The notes under the pieces are model-generated. The model was given only the letters and a program-made list of their open reading frames with translations. It was not told the origin of the DNA and made no database searches. Positions 14,440 to 16,276 of a stretch of DNA of 16,276 bases are shown piece by piece. Numbering within the stretch: the stretch's first letter is position 1; the number at the start of each line of letters is the position of its first letter. The position numbers were made by a program, and so were the translations under genes. The DNA is from a virus, in IMG/VR virus record IMGVR_UViG_3300045988_170116, positions 1-16,276 of that record; one strand, given 5' to 3'.

Positions 14440-15260
14440 AGCCGTGTGCCAACTCCCGTGAGATTCACGTGCTCCGCGCGCATATCAGCTTCAAGACTGC
14501 GTAGATCTTCATAGCTAAGAGCTCCGCATACTGCTAGCTCTTCGGCAACCGGATCAAGATCTACAAGCTCAATCCATCGAGCAGACGGAGTACCGGGATA
14601 TTTCTTCTGCATGTAAGCTTGATACGTGATCATTATCGTCATTGGCTTTGCCTCGCTAACAGCGGCAACGCTAACAGCGTTGCTCTTATTCGTTGGTGGA
14701 ATGGAAAGACTGAGAGAGCGCGAACCGCTTCGCGCGGTCGCTCTCTCGTAAGAGGAGAGGCTAGACGCGGTGTCCGCACGGCCCTTACCGCGACGGTGAT
14801 AGGGCTTAATTCTGAGCAAACGGAGCTTGGCGAGGCGCGCGGCTGTCTTAGCTGCCCTCAGTGGCAATACTGCTTCGTCATACTGAATGCGAGCATCTTG
14901 CACATAATCAACGAGAGCAGCTTTGTTAATCTTCATTGATCCCGGCTGAGGTTTCCCCTCTTCAATCCATCCGCGAGACCATGAGAGAATGCCTAGATCC
15001 TCGAGGATTGGGAGCCAGCGGCGCACGTGCCTCTCCGAGTATCCGGCGCGATCTGCGAGCTGCGAGGCCGTGATTGTCATATAACCGCGCGTATCTGTTT
15101 TGAGAGCACGCATAGTCCCTGCGAGCGTCTCGAGCAGCGTGCGTGCGCAGCGATTTTCAGAGCCTCGGAGAATACCCCAACCAGCGCGGCGCAGAGCATC
15201 CACGAGCTGATAGGCCGTCATCCCTGCATTAGTCATCGGTGCTCTCGCTTTCCGATCCAT
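14436..15260 (-). CDS. Winged-helix DNA-binding protein, putative replication initiator (about 266-274 aa)
   Basis: N-terminal HTH ITASQLADRAGYSERHVRRWLPILEDLGILSW, a basic Ser/Arg-rich linker and a C-terminal domain. It is the only large early gene. DNA repeats lie within the linker-coding region (14654-14747). The start is ambiguous (15260, 15236 or 15221). Confidence 0.45.
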   Translation of the reverse strand: MDRKARAPMTNAGMTAYQLVDALRRAGWGILRGSENRCARTLLETLAGTMRALKTDTRGYMTITASQLADRAGYSERHVRRWLPILEDLGILSWSRGWIEEGKPQPGSMKINKAALVDYVQDARIQYDEAVLPLRAAKTAARLAKLRLLRIKPYHRRGKGRADTASSLSSYERATARSGSRSLSLSIPPTNKSNAVSVAAVSEAKPMTIMITYQAYMQKKYPGTPSARWIELVDLDPVAEELAVCGALSYEDLRSLEADMRAEHVNLTGVGTRL

Positions 15261-15465
15261 CTGTTACACCGAGACCGACGCGAACAAAGTTCGCTAGTAA
15301 AGAGCGCAAATGGTCGAGAGCGTCGTAAGCTTCGTGAGCGTTTCGGAAGAGGTATGAAAGCTTGTACTGAAAAAGTGAGAGTTCGTAATCGATTTCGTCA
15401 ATAGCTTCAATGACGTAATCGAGCTGCTTATCATCTTTGATTTCGTGCAGAGGCTTACCAATCAT
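15229..15465 (-). CDS. Hypothetical acidic helical protein (78 aa)
   Basis: ORF in the early operon with an ATGA overlap to the upstream gene at 15462-15465. No recognisable motif. Confidence 0.5.
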   Translation of the reverse strand: MIGKPLHEIKDDKQLDYVIEAIDEIDYELSLFQYKLSYLFRNAHEAYDALDHLRSLLANFVRVGLGVTDGSESESTDD

Positions 15466-15638
15466 CGGTTCATCTCCCGATTCAGTTCAGAGCCGTACCA
15501 GAGCATCGAGACAAAGAAAGTCGCGAAATGAGGCCACGTCATCGTGTAACCAGCGATATTGAAAGAGGCGATCAATACCGAGATGAGAATCGCAAAGAAC
15601 GTAAGCGAAGAAATGAACAGGGCTTTATTAAGCTTCAT
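15462..15638 (-). CDS. Small two-TM membrane protein (58 aa)
   Basis: SD GGAGGAG (15652..15646) lies 7 nt before ATG 15638. TM helices ALFISSLTFFAILISVLIASF and WPHFATFFVSMLWY. Confidence 0.55.
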   Translation of the reverse strand: MKLNKALFISSLTFFAILISVLIASFNIAGYTMTWPHFATFFVSMLWYGSELNREMNR

Positions 15639-15867
15639 GGGTGTACTCCTCCATAGCAGCGGCTCCGAAAATGTCAAGACCGACCGGGATGCCGATCTGA
15701 ATAAGTCGATCTAGATCGTCCAGCTGCCACCTTGCAGCTCCGCGCATTCGTTGTGATAGCGCGGTTTGAGACATTTCAAGATCAGATGCCAAAGCCTTTT
15801 GGGAAATTGAGTGCTGTTGCATGTGCCGTTTAACTGTGCGTGTTACGGCTGTGTTGTAACTTGACAT
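15628..15867 (-). CDS. Cro-like XRE-family HTH regulator (79 aa), first gene of the leftward lytic operon
   Basis: HTH SISQKALASDLEMSQTALSQRMRGAARWQLDDL. Divergent from the repressor gene across a 100-bp operator region. Confidence 0.8.
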   Translation of the reverse strand: MSSYNTAVTRTVKRHMQQHSISQKALASDLEMSQTALSQRMRGAARWQLDDLDRLIQIGIPVGLDIFGAAAMEEYTHEA

Positions 15868-15967
15868 GCCATTAGTCTATTCGATTTCCAAATAGCTTGC
15901 AATATGAAAATCGAATAATTGTCAATTCACTATTGCATCCGTTTCGATTATCGAATACACTAACCGC
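15868..15967. promoter_or_regulatory. Divergent immunity switch: two back-to-back promoters with three ATCGAATA-type operator sites
   Basis: Rightward: TTGCAT (15933-15938), 17 nt, TACACT (15956-15961), 6 nt, ATG 15968. Leftward (minus strand): TTGCAA (15902..15897), 17 nt, TAGACT (15879..15874), 6 nt, ATG 15867. Operators: tattcgattt (15878-15887), aaatcgaata (15908-15917) and the palindrome ttcgat-t-atcgaa (15943-15955). Confidence 0.6.
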
Positions 15968-16276
15968 ATGAGCACAGCACTTTTAGAACGTTCACTAAAT
16001 GACGTTGTAGGAGAAAATATCCGGATCGAGGCCGCGCGGCGAGGCTATAGTCAATCCGCACTAGCGCGTGAAATCGAGATGTCACAGCCTGCGATTAATC
16101 AGCGCTGGCGCGGCGCTGCAAGGTGGCAGCTAGACGAGCTTGAAGCTATAGCGCAGCTTTTTGGCGTATCTGTGGCCTACCTAGTAAGCGACAATGCTCC
16201 AATGCCTACACCTATAGGATTGCGCCCCCGACAGGACTCGAACCTGCAACCTCGGGATTGGGAGGCGATTAGTTAC
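15968..16276 (+). CDS. cI-like XRE-family HTH repressor; the ORF is open to the window edge and reads through attR (3' end not in window)
   Basis: Absent from the ORF track because no stop lies within the window. My translation gives 103 codons with no stop: MSTALLERSLNDVVGENIRIEAARRGYSQSALAREIEMSQPAINQRWRGAARWQLDELEAIAQLFGVSVAYLVSDNAPMPTPIGLRPRQDSNLQPRDWEAISY. The HTH is paralogous to the cro-like protein. Confidence 0.85.
   Translation, partial: MSTALLERSLNDVVGENIRIEAARRGYSQSALAREIEMSQPAINQRWRGAARWQLDELEAIAQLFGVSVAYLVSDNAPMPTPIGLRPRQDSNLQPRDWEAISY
16222..16276 (-). tRNA. 3' part of a tRNA gene (5' half lies beyond the window) = attR core; isotype unresolved
   Basis: Minus strand reads ...GCAGG TTCGAGT CCTGT CGGGGGC G, i.e. 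T stem-loop with GTTCGAGTC consensus, a 7-nt acceptor strand and G at the discriminator position, with no encoded CCA. A CCTC-N8-GAGG hairpin directly 5' of the T arm fits a class II long variable arm better than an anticodon arm. Confidence 0.7.

Larger units (their letters stand above)
1..16276. mobile_element. Integrated temperate tailed-phage genome (prophage), siphovirus-like, about 16.2 kb, bounded by attL/attR
   Basis: Identical 55-nt direct repeats at both window ends bracket integrase, immunity switch, packaging, head, tail and lysis genes. Repeat period (1 to 16222) is 16221 bp, the predicted excised genome size. Confidence 0.9.

Noticed and set aside
15920-15925. A perfect TTGACA on the minus strand within the switch region
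   Set aside because: No acceptable -10 lies at a 16-18 nt spacing. The nearest, CATATT, is only 13 nt away. The TTGCAA/TAGACT pair has correct geometry and was preferred.
1-16276. The element could be a phage-inducible chromosomal island or satellite rather than a phage, given its small size
   Set aside because: It encodes its own terminase pair, portal, capsid, tube, tape measure, tip and lysis genes. Satellites characteristically lack most of these.
1-16276. Search for CRISPR arrays, IS elements, rRNA genes, toxin-antitoxin pairs of known type, and reverse transcriptase/DGR features
   Set aside because: No regularly spaced repeats were seen. There are no transposase-like ORFs or terminal inverted repeats other than att. 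No RT motifs or rRNA-like sequence were recognised.

Overview
The window is essentially one complete and very small (about 16.2 kb) temperate siphovirus-type prophage, inserted in the 3' end of a tRNA gene. Identical 55-nt direct repeats at 1-55 and 16222-16276 (the right copy is cut by the window edge) carry a tRNA T-arm and acceptor on the minus strand. Repeat spacing predicts a 16,221-bp circular genome.

Layout:
- attL, then a tyrosine integrase (+).
- A near-consensus promoter inside a 14-bp palindrome, driving a 29-aa TM peptide, a 2-TM protein and a MerR/Xis-like HTH (+).
- A convergent terminator at 1593-1630.
- One long minus-strand unit running 15867 down to 1624: cro-like HTH, small early genes, a winged-helix Rep-like protein, an excisionase-family HTH, HNH, a putative cos gap, TerS, TerL, portal, a protease::major-capsid fusion, adaptor, neck and tail genes, tail chaperone G/GT with a -1 frameshift, tape measure, two tail-tip proteins, amidase endolysin, holin and a membrane coiled-coil protein.
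- A 100-bp divergent operator/promoter region.
- A cI-like repressor (+) whose ORF reads straight through attR.

The most notable point is that attP lies inside the repressor gene, and repressor plus int form one unit in the circular form. This is the integration-dependent immunity layout, with Ala-Ala C-terminal tails on both the viral-form repressor and Int.

All family calls come from motif and synteny recognition by eye. No homology search was possible, and the host taxon is unknown (the features look actinobacteriophage-like). The long plus-strand ORFs opposite the structural genes are judged to be shadow ORFs.
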